The notes under the pieces: model-generated
Database searches by the model: none
Seen by the model: the letters and a program-made list of their open reading frames with translations, nothing else
Told to the model about the DNA's origin: nothing
In this document: positions 28,260 to 37,908 of the stretch, one piece after another
Numbering within the stretch: the first letter of the stretch is position 1
Layout: each line of letters begins with the position of its first letter
From: a virus
Taxonomy: Duplodnaviria; Heunggongvirae; Uroviricota; Caudoviricetes
Length of the DNA stretch: 64,000 nucleotides
Virus record (IMG/VR): IMGVR_UViG_3300030019_000001
Reading direction: 5' to 3' (one strand)
Program-made: the position numbers and the translations under genes

Positions 28260-28889
28260 ATGCTACCAGAATACGAAAATATAATACAAATATTAGCATC
28301 ATTAGCTGCTGGATCTATATTAGGAATAGAAAGAGGATTTCATGGTAAACCTGCAGGTTTCAAAACAATGATATTGATTTGCGTTAGTTCATGCTTGTTT
28401 ACTATACTATCAGTTAATTTGATTAGTGGCGATAGAATAGCTTCAAATATTGTAACAGGAATTGGCTTCATTGGTGCTGGGGTTGTTTTTAAAGAAGGAG
28501 GAAATGTTCGTGGTATAACTTCTGCCGCTATCATTTGGATGGCATCAGCAATAGGTATGTGCATAGGATATCAACATTATTCATTAGCTCTATTCGTTCT
28601 ATTAGTTGTGCTAATAGTTATGATTGTATTATTTAAGTTTGAGAAAATATTTGATACTTTTCATCATTCTAAATTATATGTTGTTCATTTTTTATCTACT
28701 GATTATTCAATAGAAGATTTAGAAAAAGAAATGTCAGGACTTGAAATACAATATAAAAGATATAAAATAGGAAAAAAGAATAACGTGGTTGGAGTTGAAT
28801 ATGATGTTGTAATTTATCCACTTAAAAATATGAAAAAAATTGATGATTTCTTGATTAATAATACTCATATAAATGGATTTGATGTATAA
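28260..28889 (+). CDS. mgtC: MgtC/SapB family membrane protein
   Basis: ILGIERG..KPAGFKTMILI..RIASNIVTGIGFIGAGV..GITSAAIIW..AIG. Confidence 0.9.
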   Translation: MLPEYENIIQILASLAAGSILGIERGFHGKPAGFKTMILICVSSCLFTILSVNLISGDRIASNIVTGIGFIGAGVVFKEGGNVRGITSAAIIWMASAIGMCIGYQHYSLALFVLLVVLIVMIVLFKFEKIFDTFHHSKLYVVHFLSTDYSIEDLEKEMSGLEIQYKRYKIGKKNNVVGVEYDVVIYPLKNMKKIDDFLINNTHINGFDV

Positions 28890-28912
28890 AAATAACCTAA
28901 AAATTAAATACT

Positions 28913-29590
28913 ATGTGGAATTTTTTAAAAAGTAGTGCACGTAAAGAACGTGATAGAATTAAATCTGATATAGTTAAACAGGAAGAGATTTCTAAAAAAC
29001 TTGAAGATGATAGATTACATGCACTTTATTTAATAGAAAGTGAGCGTTTAAATGATAAAATATTTGAAGAAAAAACAAATTATGAAATTCAAGAAAATAA
29101 AAGAGTCAAGCACGAAAATGAAACATGTCCAAAATGTAAATCCAATAAAGTGGTTGATAAAATATGTCAATTGAAAGGTAATATTGAAGCTTCATCATCA
29201 TCAACAAATTTACCTAATTTCATATCTTCTTCATCAATTAGTGGTAGTATAGATACAGTTGAAATTAATAAATGTAATGAATGTAATAATGAATGGAAAA
29301 AAATAACATATAATAAAGCAGATATATCATGGGATTCTAAAATGAGAAGTTTGAGAAAGATGTTGATTCCTACTACTGAATTTCCAACTAAAGAATATCT
29401 TAATGAAATTGAAATTACTAAAGAATTCTGGATTGGAACTAAAATAGAAATTCTACCATTATTAATTGAAAATGAAAATTTTGGACGTAATAACGTAGGA
29501 TATGAAGGAAATTTTGCAAAAGAATCTACAATTCAATTAATTAAAGGTAAAGATGAATTTTTAATAGAACTACTTGGATTTATAAAATAA
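28913..29590 (+). CDS. zinc-ribbon-containing hypothetical protein
   Basis: CPKCKS..CNECNNEW. Confidence 0.65.
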   Translation: MWNFLKSSARKERDRIKSDIVKQEEISKKLEDDRLHALYLIESERLNDKIFEEKTNYEIQENKRVKHENETCPKCKSNKVVDKICQLKGNIEASSSSTNLPNFISSSSISGSIDTVEINKCNECNNEWKKITYNKADISWDSKMRSLRKMLIPTTEFPTKEYLNEIEITKEFWIGTKIEILPLLIENENFGRNNVGYEGNFAKESTIQLIKGKDEFLIELLGFIK

Positions 29591-29766
29591 ATATTATAAC
29601 ATTTTTTGTTAAATATTGTAAATATAATTTTTTATATAAATAATTATAATTATCTTTGCATATAATTTAAAAACAATAAAATGTAAAATAAAATAATTAT
29701 ATCAGAACTTTTTAATTCTAAATGCAAATAAATATTAATAAAAACAATTAAAAATTTTTTAAAAAA

Positions 29767-30306
29767 ATGAAAAAAATTATTATTCTCACTGTTGTAGGAA
29801 TTGTTGCACTGTTAGCAATTTCAGTATTTTTTACTTATGTATCAGTAAATAACAATGCAATTCAAAAGTACAAAGCTTGTGGAGCGCAGAACGGTAACAT
29901 TGAAGCAGTTCATAATGAAATGTGGACAATTCTTAAAGATCAAGCAAAAGTTCCTGCAGCATATGCAGACAATTTTGATAAAATTTATACTGATATGATT
30001 GGTGGACGTTATTCAAAAGGTGATGGTACATTAATGAAATGGATTCAAGAATCTAATCCTAAATTTGATAATACTCTCTATGTAACTTTAATGAATAGTA
30101 TTGAAATTCAACGTACAAACTTCGCTAATCAGCAAAAAAGAATGATTGATATGAAACGTGATTATGATACATATATAACTCAAATACCAGCAAAATGGTT
30201 TGTAACAAAAGAAAATTCTAAACAATTTGTATATGTTCCAATTTCTTGCTCAGTAACAAAAGAAGTAATGAAGACTCGAGTAGATGATAATGAGATTTCT
30301 CTATAA
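29767..30306 (+). CDS. LemA-like membrane-anchored protein
   Basis: N-terminal TM then YVSVNN..; helical body with R..F...Q..MID..R.Y. Confidence 0.5.
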   Translation: MKKIIILTVVGIVALLAISVFFTYVSVNNNAIQKYKACGAQNGNIEAVHNEMWTILKDQAKVPAAYADNFDKIYTDMIGGRYSKGDGTLMKWIQESNPKFDNTLYVTLMNSIEIQRTNFANQQKRMIDMKRDYDTYITQIPAKWFVTKENSKQFVYVPISCSVTKEVMKTRVDDNEISL

Positions 30307-30324
30307 TAAAAATTAAATTTATTT

Positions 30325-30363
30325 AAAAAAAGTCACTTATTTGTATATAAGTGACTTTTTTTT
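30325..30363 (+). terminator. intrinsic terminator abutting the next promoter
   Basis: AAAAAAGTCACTTAT-6 nt-ATAAGTGACTTTTTTTT, then TATCTTTG at 30366. Confidence 0.75.
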
Positions 30364-30397
30364 ATTATCTTTGTACACAATTTAAAACTCAATCAAT

Positions 30398-30817
30398 ATG
30401 GATAACTCTGGATTTTTAACTGTAGATTATGATGATTCATTACAATCATCATATGTGGCTCTTATTCTATATTATGGTGATAAGAAAGAAATGAGATTTG
30501 ATACTGGTAATCCTTTGATTGACTGGTACGATTTCTGTAAAATTGTATTTGATGGAGAAGAAAAAGAAAAATATAATATTTCAAGTGTTAGTTTTTCATC
30601 ATCTGTTGATCATTGGTTTATGGATGGAGATGAATATTTAGAGAAGTATTTGAAATTAAATGAGAATAATGAATATGAATTTATACCAAATAATGAATTC
30701 TCCGATTTTTCTTTATCAGAATTACAATCTTATAAAAGATGTGTTATTCACAAAGATATGAAATCTTTTGAAGAATTGAAAAAATATTATTCAGAACATA
30801 AAAATAAATATATTTAA
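30398..30817 (+). CDS. hypothetical protein
   Basis: Intact ORF. Confidence 0.7.
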   Translation: MDNSGFLTVDYDDSLQSSYVALILYYGDKKEMRFDTGNPLIDWYDFCKIVFDGEEKEKYNISSVSFSSSVDHWFMDGDEYLEKYLKLNENNEYEFIPNNEFSDFSLSELQSYKRCVIHKDMKSFEELKKYYSEHKNKYI

Positions 30818-30841
30818 TTTAAAAACTAAAATTTTAAAATT

Positions 30842-32053
30842 ATGACAACATTCATTTATTTCATTCCAATTTTAATTGCTATCTTAATTTTTATTTTTTT
30901 CAGAACAAAAGTTGTTTGGTGGGAATATCTCATTGTTATTGTACCATCTATATTACTAACTTTACTTATTAGTACTATAATGATTCATAGTAAGACACAA
31001 GCAACTGAGTATTTTGGTAACTATGTTACTGAGGCACATTATTATGAATTTTGGGATGAATGGATTACAGAAACTTGTTCAAGAACAGTAGATGATGGTA
31101 ATGGTAAATCTCACAGTGAATCATATGATTGTTCTCATAGAGACGATCATCCTGAACATTGGTCACAAGTATTATCAAATGGTAAAGAGCAAGAAATCTC
31201 AAAAAATGAATATTATAGATTGTTGAAATCTTGGAATGCTCAAAAAATATTTGTAGATATGAACAGAGATTTTTATAATCATGATGGTAATATGTATAAT
31301 ATCAAATGGGACAATAATATTTATAGTTCAAAAACAATAACAACTGAACATACATACACGAATAAAATAAATAGTTCATATTCTATATTTGGATTTTCAA
31401 AAATTTCTAAAGAGGATGCAAAAATAGATGGATTATATGATTATCCAAAATTATATTCAAATAATGATGGTGATAGTGGTATGTTTTCAGGAAGCAGTAC
31501 AACTGAGCAATCTCCTTTTTTAGGTTATAAACCAACATTAAAAGAATTGAAATCTTGGCAATATATCAATGGCTATTATGGTCCAAGAAATCAGATAAGA
31601 GTATTTTTAATGTTTTATTATAATAAATCTCGTTCAATAGTAAAAGAACAACAAAGCTATTGGTTAGGTGGTAATAAGAATGAACTCATATTATGTTTTG
31701 GTATGGACTCAGTATCAAAAAAACTACAGTGGGTAGATGCATTCTCATGGAGTGATAAACCAACATTTGAAGTTAATTTTAGAAGTTACTATAATGGTAA
31801 AGATAAATTAAATCTAGAAGAATTAGCAAATTGGACAGAAAGCAATATACCAAAATACTGGCAAAGAAAGCAATTTAAAGATTTTGATTATATTGATGTA
31901 GATTTAAGTGGAACACAGCAAATTTGGTTATTTATTATTATACTTATAGTATCATTAGGATTATCTACTTATGTAATTATTAATAACTATTATTATGATA
32001 ACAATGGAAAAATTGTAGATGAAAATGATAAATGGAATAATTATAGATATTAA
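30842..32053 (+). CDS. membrane protein with large extracytoplasmic domain
   Basis: Two N-terminal and one C-terminal TM segments; YYLGGNKNE-like (YWLGGNKNE), FSWS, WQRKQFKDF. Confidence 0.65.
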   Translation: MTTFIYFIPILIAILIFIFFRTKVVWWEYLIVIVPSILLTLLISTIMIHSKTQATEYFGNYVTEAHYYEFWDEWITETCSRTVDDGNGKSHSESYDCSHRDDHPEHWSQVLSNGKEQEISKNEYYRLLKSWNAQKIFVDMNRDFYNHDGNMYNIKWDNNIYSSKTITTEHTYTNKINSSYSIFGFSKISKEDAKIDGLYDYPKLYSNNDGDSGMFSGSSTTEQSPFLGYKPTLKELKSWQYINGYYGPRNQIRVFLMFYYNKSRSIVKEQQSYWLGGNKNELILCFGMDSVSKKLQWVDAFSWSDKPTFEVNFRSYYNGKDKLNLEELANWTESNIPKYWQRKQFKDFDYIDVDLSGTQQIWLFIIILIVSLGLSTYVIINNYYYDNNGKIVDENDKWNNYRY

Positions 32054-32065
32054 ATAGTAATAAAT

Positions 32066-32410
32066 ATGGGTGCATTTGGTAAAATGTTGATTGAACACTG
32101 GGGAGGTGACATGAAAACATATGAAGGCCATACTTCAAAAACAACTAAGACTGAAATTTTAGAAACAGAAGAAGAATTACAAGAACAAAAAAGTAAATTC
32201 GTAAAACAAAGAATATTATCATATGCCAGGGAGCATCTTGATAGATTAACAACTAATATTATATATAAAAACGAAATTTCTGACAAAATAACTGAAGAAT
32301 TATTTATAAAGTCATATAAGGATATAGGATATTCTACTGATGTTTCAAGTGTGATGTGGTTAGAATATTGTGATTTTATAAAAAAAATATCAAAAAATGA
32401 TAAAAGATAA
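32066..32410 (+). CDS. hypothetical protein
   Basis: ORF in co-oriented run. Confidence 0.65.
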   Translation: MGAFGKMLIEHWGGDMKTYEGHTSKTTKTEILETEEELQEQKSKFVKQRILSYAREHLDRLTTNIIYKNEISDKITEELFIKSYKDIGYSTDVSSVMWLEYCDFIKKISKNDKR

Positions 32411-33335
32411 AAAATTAGTTATAACTTGTGGATTACCAGCAGCAGGAAAATCAAGTATTGTTGAAAAATGGGTTGATTATAAGTGTACATTACTTTCAAG
32501 AGATATTGAAGGTGGTACATTAAGTTCACTCAACAAAAAACTTGAAAACTTGATGATAGATGGAGTAGATATTATCTTAGATGGTACATATTCTACTAAG
32601 TTATCTAGGGCTGATGCTATTGCATTAGCAAAAAAATATGGCTACTATGTATTGTGTCTTTATTTCACAACAAAAATTGAAGATTGTATGTTCAATGCTG
32701 TTACCAGAATGATAAAAACTCAAGGTAGGTTGTTTACAAATTTAAGTGATTATTCTAAAGTTAATGATCCACATATGTTTCCTGTTGCAGCACTTTATAA
32801 AATTAATAAACATTTTGAAGCACCAGAACTATCAGAAGGAATTGATGATATAGAAAAAATTGATTTTAAACGTAAACCATCAGAATATACAAATAAAGCT
32901 ATTTTATTTGATTATGACGGTACTTTAAGAGTAACTAAAAGTGGAGGACATTTCCCTACTGATGTGAATGATATAGAAATTATTCCTGGTAGAACAGAAA
33001 AACTTTTAGAATTACAGAAACAAGGTTATATACTACTAGGGGTTTCAAATCAAAGCGGTATAGCAAAAGGCTTATTAACTCATGAAACTGCAATAGCTTG
33101 TTTTGAAAAAACAAATGAAATGTTAGGAGTTAATATTGATTATAAATATTGTGGACATTCAGTACCTCCAATAATTTGTTATTGTAGAAAACCAGGTGTA
33201 GGATTAGGTGTAGATTTTATTGAAAAATATAAACTTGACTCATCACAATGTACAATGGTTGGAGATTTGACAAGTGATAAAACATTCGCTAAAAGATGTG
33301 GATTCAAATATGTTGACGCTTCCAATTTTTTCTAA
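32397..33335 (+). CDS. polynucleotide 5'-kinase / 3'-phosphatase (P-loop plus HAD IIIA)
   Basis: GLPAAGKS, ILDGT; FDYDGTL, SNQSG, CRKP, MVGD. Confidence 0.85.
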   Translation: MIKDKKLVITCGLPAAGKSSIVEKWVDYKCTLLSRDIEGGTLSSLNKKLENLMIDGVDIILDGTYSTKLSRADAIALAKKYGYYVLCLYFTTKIEDCMFNAVTRMIKTQGRLFTNLSDYSKVNDPHMFPVAALYKINKHFEAPELSEGIDDIEKIDFKRKPSEYTNKAILFDYDGTLRVTKSGGHFPTDVNDIEIIPGRTEKLLELQKQGYILLGVSNQSGIAKGLLTHETAIACFEKTNEMLGVNIDYKYCGHSVPPIICYCRKPGVGLGVDFIEKYKLDSSQCTMVGDLTSDKTFAKRCGFKYVDASNFF

Positions 33336-33357
33336 TTAGTATTAAAATATATTAAAT

Positions 33358-33401
33358 AAAGTCTTGAATATTTTTTATTCAAGGCTTTTTATATACCTTT
33401 G
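33358..33401 (+). terminator. intrinsic terminator followed by a TACCTTTG promoter box
   Basis: AAAGTCTTGAATA-5 nt-TATTCAAGGCTTTTT. Confidence 0.65.
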
Positions 33402-33427
33402 TATTGTAATTATAAATAATCAACTAT

Positions 33428-33700
33428 ATGAATAAAGAACCTGAAGATATTATTAGTATTCCTACAATTGAGAATCTTGATTTATATTATTCTAATGCTG
33501 ATAAAGCAGATAGTATGAATATGGATCATTGTCCATGTTGCGGTAGAATATTAAAAGAGCCAAAATATTTCATCAATTCAATATTTGGTGGTGGAATGTA
33601 TAAAGCAGATGATAAAGAAACTTATGATAATGCATGGGTTATGGGAGTTGGTTCAGAATGTAGAAAGAAGTTTCCAGAAGGTTATGTATTTAAACTATAA
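33428..33700 (+). CDS. small zinc-binding protein
   Basis: CPCCGR..VGSECRKK. Confidence 0.65.
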   Translation: MNKEPEDIISIPTIENLDLYYSNADKADSMNMDHCPCCGRILKEPKYFINSIFGGGMYKADDKETYDNAWVMGVGSECRKKFPEGYVFKL

Positions 33701-33708
33701 ATAATATT

Positions 33709-33942
33709 ATGGTGAAAAAAATTTTTAATATAGTTTTTAATTTTTTGTTATTGATTGGATACGGATACATGTTATATTATATAATTGATGGAATTAAAAT
33801 GACACATTATCTATATGATGTTAATTATTATTCATTAAATAAATGTATAGAGAATTATATTTTTTTTGGAATAGGAACAATTATCACTCTTTTTTTAATT
33901 ATTATAATATTAATTTTTTCATATAAGATATTAAAAAAATAA
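33709..33942 (+). CDS. small membrane protein
   Basis: Two hydrophobic segments. Confidence 0.6.
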   Translation: MVKKIFNIVFNFLLLIGYGYMLYYIIDGIKMTHYLYDVNYYSLNKCIENYIFFGIGTIITLFLIIIILIFSYKILKK

Positions 33943-34116
33943 AAAAAAATAATATGAGATTCATAATAACATTATTGAGATTATTAGCTTTATTAATAGG
34001 CTTCATTGGTATTTTTACTTGTGTTATATTAATAGGCTTCTTATTAATAGCATTATCAGAAGATATTAATGAATTCGCTGATAAAATAGAAGATAAACAT
34101 ATAAATAAAAAAAGAT

Positions 34117-34347
34117 ATGAACATTAAATTTTTTAAAATTTTCGGTACAATAGCAGTATCAGCTATGTATATGTATCTTATTTCAATGTCAATTAAAGTT
34201 ATTATGATAATTTATAATTCAAATATAAATAATCATAATGTAGATTTTACTAGTATTTGTATTATACTAGGTGTGTTTATTTTGTTTCTTCTAAGTGTGT
34301 ATATATATTCGATTTACAGTATGTGGTTTAAAAAATATAAAAAATAA
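34117..34347 (+). CDS. small membrane protein
   Basis: Two hydrophobic segments. Confidence 0.6.
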   Translation: MNIKFFKIFGTIAVSAMYMYLISMSIKVIMIIYNSNINNHNVDFTSICIILGVFILFLLSVYIYSIYSMWFKKYKK

Positions 34348-34352
34348 AAATC

Positions 34353-34916
34353 ATGAGAGATTACAAATATCACCCTAATGCAGGAATTGTCCATCAGGCA
34401 GTTCAAGATAAGAAAACTACTCCTGAATATTTTGAGAAAGTATTAAAAGAGTTATCACTAGATGATAGGTATTGTCTTCATGAGAATCATATTAGTTTAC
34501 ATTCTCTTCTTTGTCATGGTAATTATTGTTCCAAGAACGTAATACTATTTGACATGTATAACTTAGATATTGATATGTATGGGGCTTATGTATATTTAAA
34601 GTTTACTGATCCAAACACACTCAATTCAGTATTGGATAATACAAAGAGGTTACCTATTGTAATAGGTTCTGTAATTAAGGATTACAAGTTAGAAGATATT
34701 AAAACTTCAATACTAGAAACGTTACTCAATCACAATAATATAAAAGGTATAGAAGTTAACAGTACTTTAAAATCGGAAATAGAAGATAGAAGATATGCTG
34801 AGGAAGTTAAAACTTATAATTACTACCACAACCATGTTAATAATTACACAGATTCCGAAAGACACTCATTAGCTGTATGGGCTCAAAAGACTTTTGGTGG
34901 ATTACCTATAGATTGA
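34353..34916 (+). CDS. hypothetical protein
   Basis: Intact ORF. Confidence 0.65.
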   Translation: MRDYKYHPNAGIVHQAVQDKKTTPEYFEKVLKELSLDDRYCLHENHISLHSLLCHGNYCSKNVILFDMYNLDIDMYGAYVYLKFTDPNTLNSVLDNTKRLPIVIGSVIKDYKLEDIKTSILETLLNHNNIKGIEVNSTLKSEIEDRRYAEEVKTYNYYHNHVNNYTDSERHSLAVWAQKTFGGLPID

Positions 34917-34932
34917 TTTTTTAACTTAAAGA

Positions 34933-34964
34933 TTTGCTAGTATCAATTATTCTCCATATCTTTG
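34933..34964 (+). promoter_or_regulatory. Bacteroidota-type promoter
   Basis: TTTG(34933)-20 nt-TATCTTTG(34957). Confidence 0.75.
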
Positions 34965-34988
34965 TGAGAATTAAATAAAAATAAAAAT

Positions 34989-35711
34989 ATGCCAAAAATT
35001 TATGAAGTGGGAGGAGCGGTTCGTGACCGTATTTTAGGAGTTGATTGTAAAGACATTGACTTTACTTTTGTATTAGATGATATGAATCAATCAGTTGAAT
35101 CTGGATTTATGGATATGGAGTTATGGCTACGTAAAAATGGTTACACTATATACAATTCAACACCAAGATGTTTTACTATCAAAGCAAAATTTCCAAAAGG
35201 ACATAAGCATGAAGGATTGACAGCAGATTTTGTAATGGCAAGAAAGGAAATTGGCTATTATGAAGGTACAAGACGTCCAATTTTAGAACTTGGTACACTA
35301 GAAGATGATTTAATAAGACGTGATTTCACATTAAATGCTATGGCTGTTGATGAGAATGGTACTTTGATTGACTTGTTTGATGGTGTGAAAGATTTAAAAA
35401 TGGGAATTCTTAGAACTCCAAGACCATGTGAACTTACATTTGATGAGGACAGCCTACGGATTTTGAGATGCGTCCGTTTTTGTATCACAAAAGGATTCAG
35501 AATGACTGATGATATTGAAATCGCTATCAAAAATTATGATTATGAATCAAAAATGAAAGTAGTTTCTAATGAAAGAATTCAAGATGAACTTACAAAGTGT
35601 TTTAAGTATGATACATTAAAAACAATTTTGATGCTGAATGAATTTCCAGAATTAAGAGATTATATTTTTAAACACACAAAAATGTGGCTGAAACCATCAT
35701 TTCAGAAATAA
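34989..35711 (+). CDS. cca: tRNA nucleotidyltransferase (class II CCA enzyme), head/neck only
   Basis: VGGAVRDRILG, DIDF, RRDFTLNAMA, DLFDG, EDSLRILR, SNERI. Confidence 0.9.
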   Translation: MPKIYEVGGAVRDRILGVDCKDIDFTFVLDDMNQSVESGFMDMELWLRKNGYTIYNSTPRCFTIKAKFPKGHKHEGLTADFVMARKEIGYYEGTRRPILELGTLEDDLIRRDFTLNAMAVDENGTLIDLFDGVKDLKMGILRTPRPCELTFDEDSLRILRCVRFCITKGFRMTDDIEIAIKNYDYESKMKVVSNERIQDELTKCFKYDTLKTILMLNEFPELRDYIFKHTKMWLKPSFQK

Positions 35712-35715
35712 AAAT

Positions 35716-35750
35716 AAAAGAGTTATGATTTAAATCATAACTCTTTTTTT
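35716..35750. terminator. bidirectional intrinsic terminator
   Basis: AAAAGAGTTATGATT-TA-AATCATAACTCTTTT. Confidence 0.8.
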
Positions 35751-35946
35751 ATTTATTTAACCTTTTGCTTAAAATTGTACTTAGAACAGAATTTATATCT
35801 TTATTTGTTGGTTTATATCCTTCAATTGTAGTAGATTTAAAATCTTCAATTGATTTATTTAATCCAATCAAAATTTGAAGAGTTAATTCTTCTTTTATTC
35901 TCCATTTTTCAAAATCCTTTATTTCTTTTTCTTTTTCGTTTTTCAT
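35749..35946 (-). CDS. hypothetical protein
   Basis: Intact small ORF. Confidence 0.55.
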   Translation of the reverse strand: MKNEKEKEIKDFEKWRIKEELTLQILIGLNKSIEDFKSTTIEGYKPTNKDINSVLSTILSKRLNK

Positions 35947-35950
35947 AATA

Positions 35951-36289
35951 TTAATAGCAGTGTTTCATATAATTTTTTAAATAGCAATCAATATTTTCTC
36001 TTCCTACTGTATTAGCTGATTGCATAGCATATAAAGGTAGTTTTAATTTTTTGTTGTCACAGTATCTACATAACCATTTGGCACACTCATATCCATCACC
36101 ATTACCTGTACCCAAGTCATGATCAAAACATATTGCATCAGGTAATCCATTAATCATAATACAATCTTCAAATTCAGTTTGAGTCATAACCCAACTCACT
36201 TCTACATCTTTTCCAATTGGACTAAAAACTAACCAATCATTTTCTAATGGATTACGAGAATCATCCAACCATAGTAATTTTTTTTTCAT
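35951..36289 (-). CDS. cyclic-phosphate-processing receiver-like domain protein
   Basis: LWLDDSR..ICFDHDLG..DGYECAKWL..SANTVG..I. Confidence 0.75.
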   Translation of the reverse strand: MKKKLLWLDDSRNPLENDWLVFSPIGKDVEVSWVMTQTEFEDCIMINGLPDAICFDHDLGTGNGDGYECAKWLCRYCDNKKLKLPLYAMQSANTVGRENIDCYLKNYMKHCY

Positions 36290-36443
36290 TTTTTCTTTTG
36301 ATTTTATTCTTAATTGATTTATATGTTATTCTCAAAAAAGTTTTAATTAATGATAATATAATTATTACACACAATGATAAGGCTAACCAAAGCAAAGCAA
36401 AAAATAAGAATAATTTATTTATAATATCTAATATTTTTGTCAT
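36261..36443 (-). CDS. small membrane protein
   Basis: Hydrophobic segment then basic tail. Confidence 0.5.
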   Translation of the reverse strand: MTKILDIINKLFLFFALLWLALSLCVIIILSLIKTFLRITYKSIKNKIKRKNEKKITMVG

Positions 36444-36477
36444 TTTATCTATTTATTTTTATCTACGAATATAATCA

Positions 36478-36512
36478 AAAAAAATGAATTATAATAAATA
36501 ATTCATTTTTTT
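36478..36512 (-). terminator. intrinsic terminator after array 2
   Basis: AAAAAAATGAATTAT-5 nt-ATAATTCATTTTTTT. Confidence 0.7.
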
Positions 36513-36525
36513 ATTGTTAAATATA

Positions 36526-36744
36526 TTAATCATTTCTGTAATATGTCATATTCGGTAAATTATTATCATCAGCGTATTTTTTTGCTATCTCAATAATTTC
36601 ATCTTCTGATATATCTTTAAAATTATATTCAAATCCATTTTCATCACACCATCTTTTATAATAAGAATAATATTTATCTAATGATGTACCTGGTATCTGA
36701 TTAGTATCAGCTTCATTTAATTCTTTAAATTTTTTAATTTTCAT
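36526..36744 (-). CDS. N-tag-only protein
   Basis: MKIKKFKELNE; TAATATATA at 36749-57. Confidence 0.7.
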   Translation of the reverse strand: MKIKKFKELNEADTNQIPGTSLDKYYSYYKRWCDENGFEYNFKDISEDEIIEIAKKYADDNNLPNMTYYRND

Positions 36745-36762
36745 ATTCTATATATTATTTTA

Positions 36763-37095
36763 TTATCCTGTTGTTTCAATAAATTCAATATCTTTATTTG
36801 GAATATCTTCAATATTTGGTTTAGATTTACATCTTGCTCTATGAGTAAATACAAAAAATCCATTTTTATCTGCACCTAAGCTTACTAATTTAAATGATTT
36901 ACCTTCGATTTTAGGTATATGTAAATCAAAAATTCTACCATTTTTGTATTTTGTATTACCAGGAATAATCAAAGGTAATATTTTTTCCTTCATTTCTTTC
37001 GATAACTTTTTACTTCTGTTAACTTTACCTGTGACATCTTCACGTTCATCTTCATATTTATTTTCTAAAATGAAGTCATTATATTTACTTATCAT
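36763..37095 (-). CDS. N-tag-only protein
   Basis: MISKYNDFILE; TAATATATA at 37101-09. Confidence 0.7.
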   Translation of the reverse strand: MISKYNDFILENKYEDEREDVTGKVNRSKKLSKEMKEKILPLIIPGNTKYKNGRIFDLHIPKIEGKSFKLVSLGADKNGFFVFTHRARCKSKPNIEDIPNKDIEFIETTG

Positions 37096-37099
37096 ATTC

Positions 37100-37420
37100 T
37101 TATATATTATATTTATCTGATGAATTTTTTATTTCTAGCGTTTCATATTCTTCTTTTGTTATAGTTTTATGTATTTCATAATCTCCAGTCCATACTACTT
37201 TTTTATCTGGTAATTTAATAACCCAATAAAACATATTATTATTTTCTGAAATGTCTATTATTTTACCTATAAGATATGTGTAATTATCACTTATATCTGG
37301 AAAATAAAGCTTATTCAAAATCACATAATCACTTAATTCGTATTCTGATGAATCATATGTTTTTATCCTTTTATTATCGTTCCAGACTTCAACTGTTTCA
37401 TATGCTTTAATATATTTCAT
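37100..37420 (-). CDS. doubly tagged cassette protein (array 2)
   Basis: MKYIKAYE..SDYVI..DKYNI. Confidence 0.8.
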   Translation of the reverse strand: MKYIKAYETVEVWNDNKRIKTYDSSEYELSDYVILNKLYFPDISDNYTYLIGKIIDISENNNMFYWVIKLPDKKVVWTGDYEIHKTITKEEYETLEIKNSSDKYNI

Positions 37421-37908
37421 AAGTTAAATTTGTTTGCAGTTTTTTTCATTAAATATTCTTTGTATTCTTCTGGATAATTATCTATTATATATTGAAGAAT
37501 AAAAGGATTTGATTCTTGAATATTATCAAAAATATCAACATCACTTTTATTTTTATTGTTTAAATTTATTCCAGATGAAATTAATAAATCAATTATATTA
37601 TTAATTTTATTTTTATATTTAGTATAAGTATATGTGTTTTGATTAACAATATAAAATATACAATTTTTATTGTTTTTATTTACTAAATTTATATCAGCAC
37701 CATTTTCTATTAACAATTTAATTGTACTATAATTTAGTTGTTGTGATGCGTTAATTAATGGCGTGTTATATCTGATACGATCAAAACAATTAACGTTAGC
37801 TCCATCTGTTATCAATTCTCTTACTTTTTGCAAAGATGCCTGTTTTGCTGAATATTTCAACAAATTATCATCCAATTCTTTCTGAGTATATGTTTTTATA
37901 TGTTTCAT
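37417..37908 (-). CDS. doubly tagged ankyrin-repeat protein
   Basis: GANVN..TPLINA..LLIENGADIN; ends KTANKFNL. Confidence 0.85.
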   Translation of the reverse strand: MKHIKTYTQKELDDNLLKYSAKQASLQKVRELITDGANVNCFDRIRYNTPLINASQQLNYSTIKLLIENGADINLVNKNNKNCIFYIVNQNTYTYTKYKNKINNIIDLLISSGINLNNKNKSDVDIFDNIQESNPFILQYIIDNYPEEYKEYLMKKTANKFNL

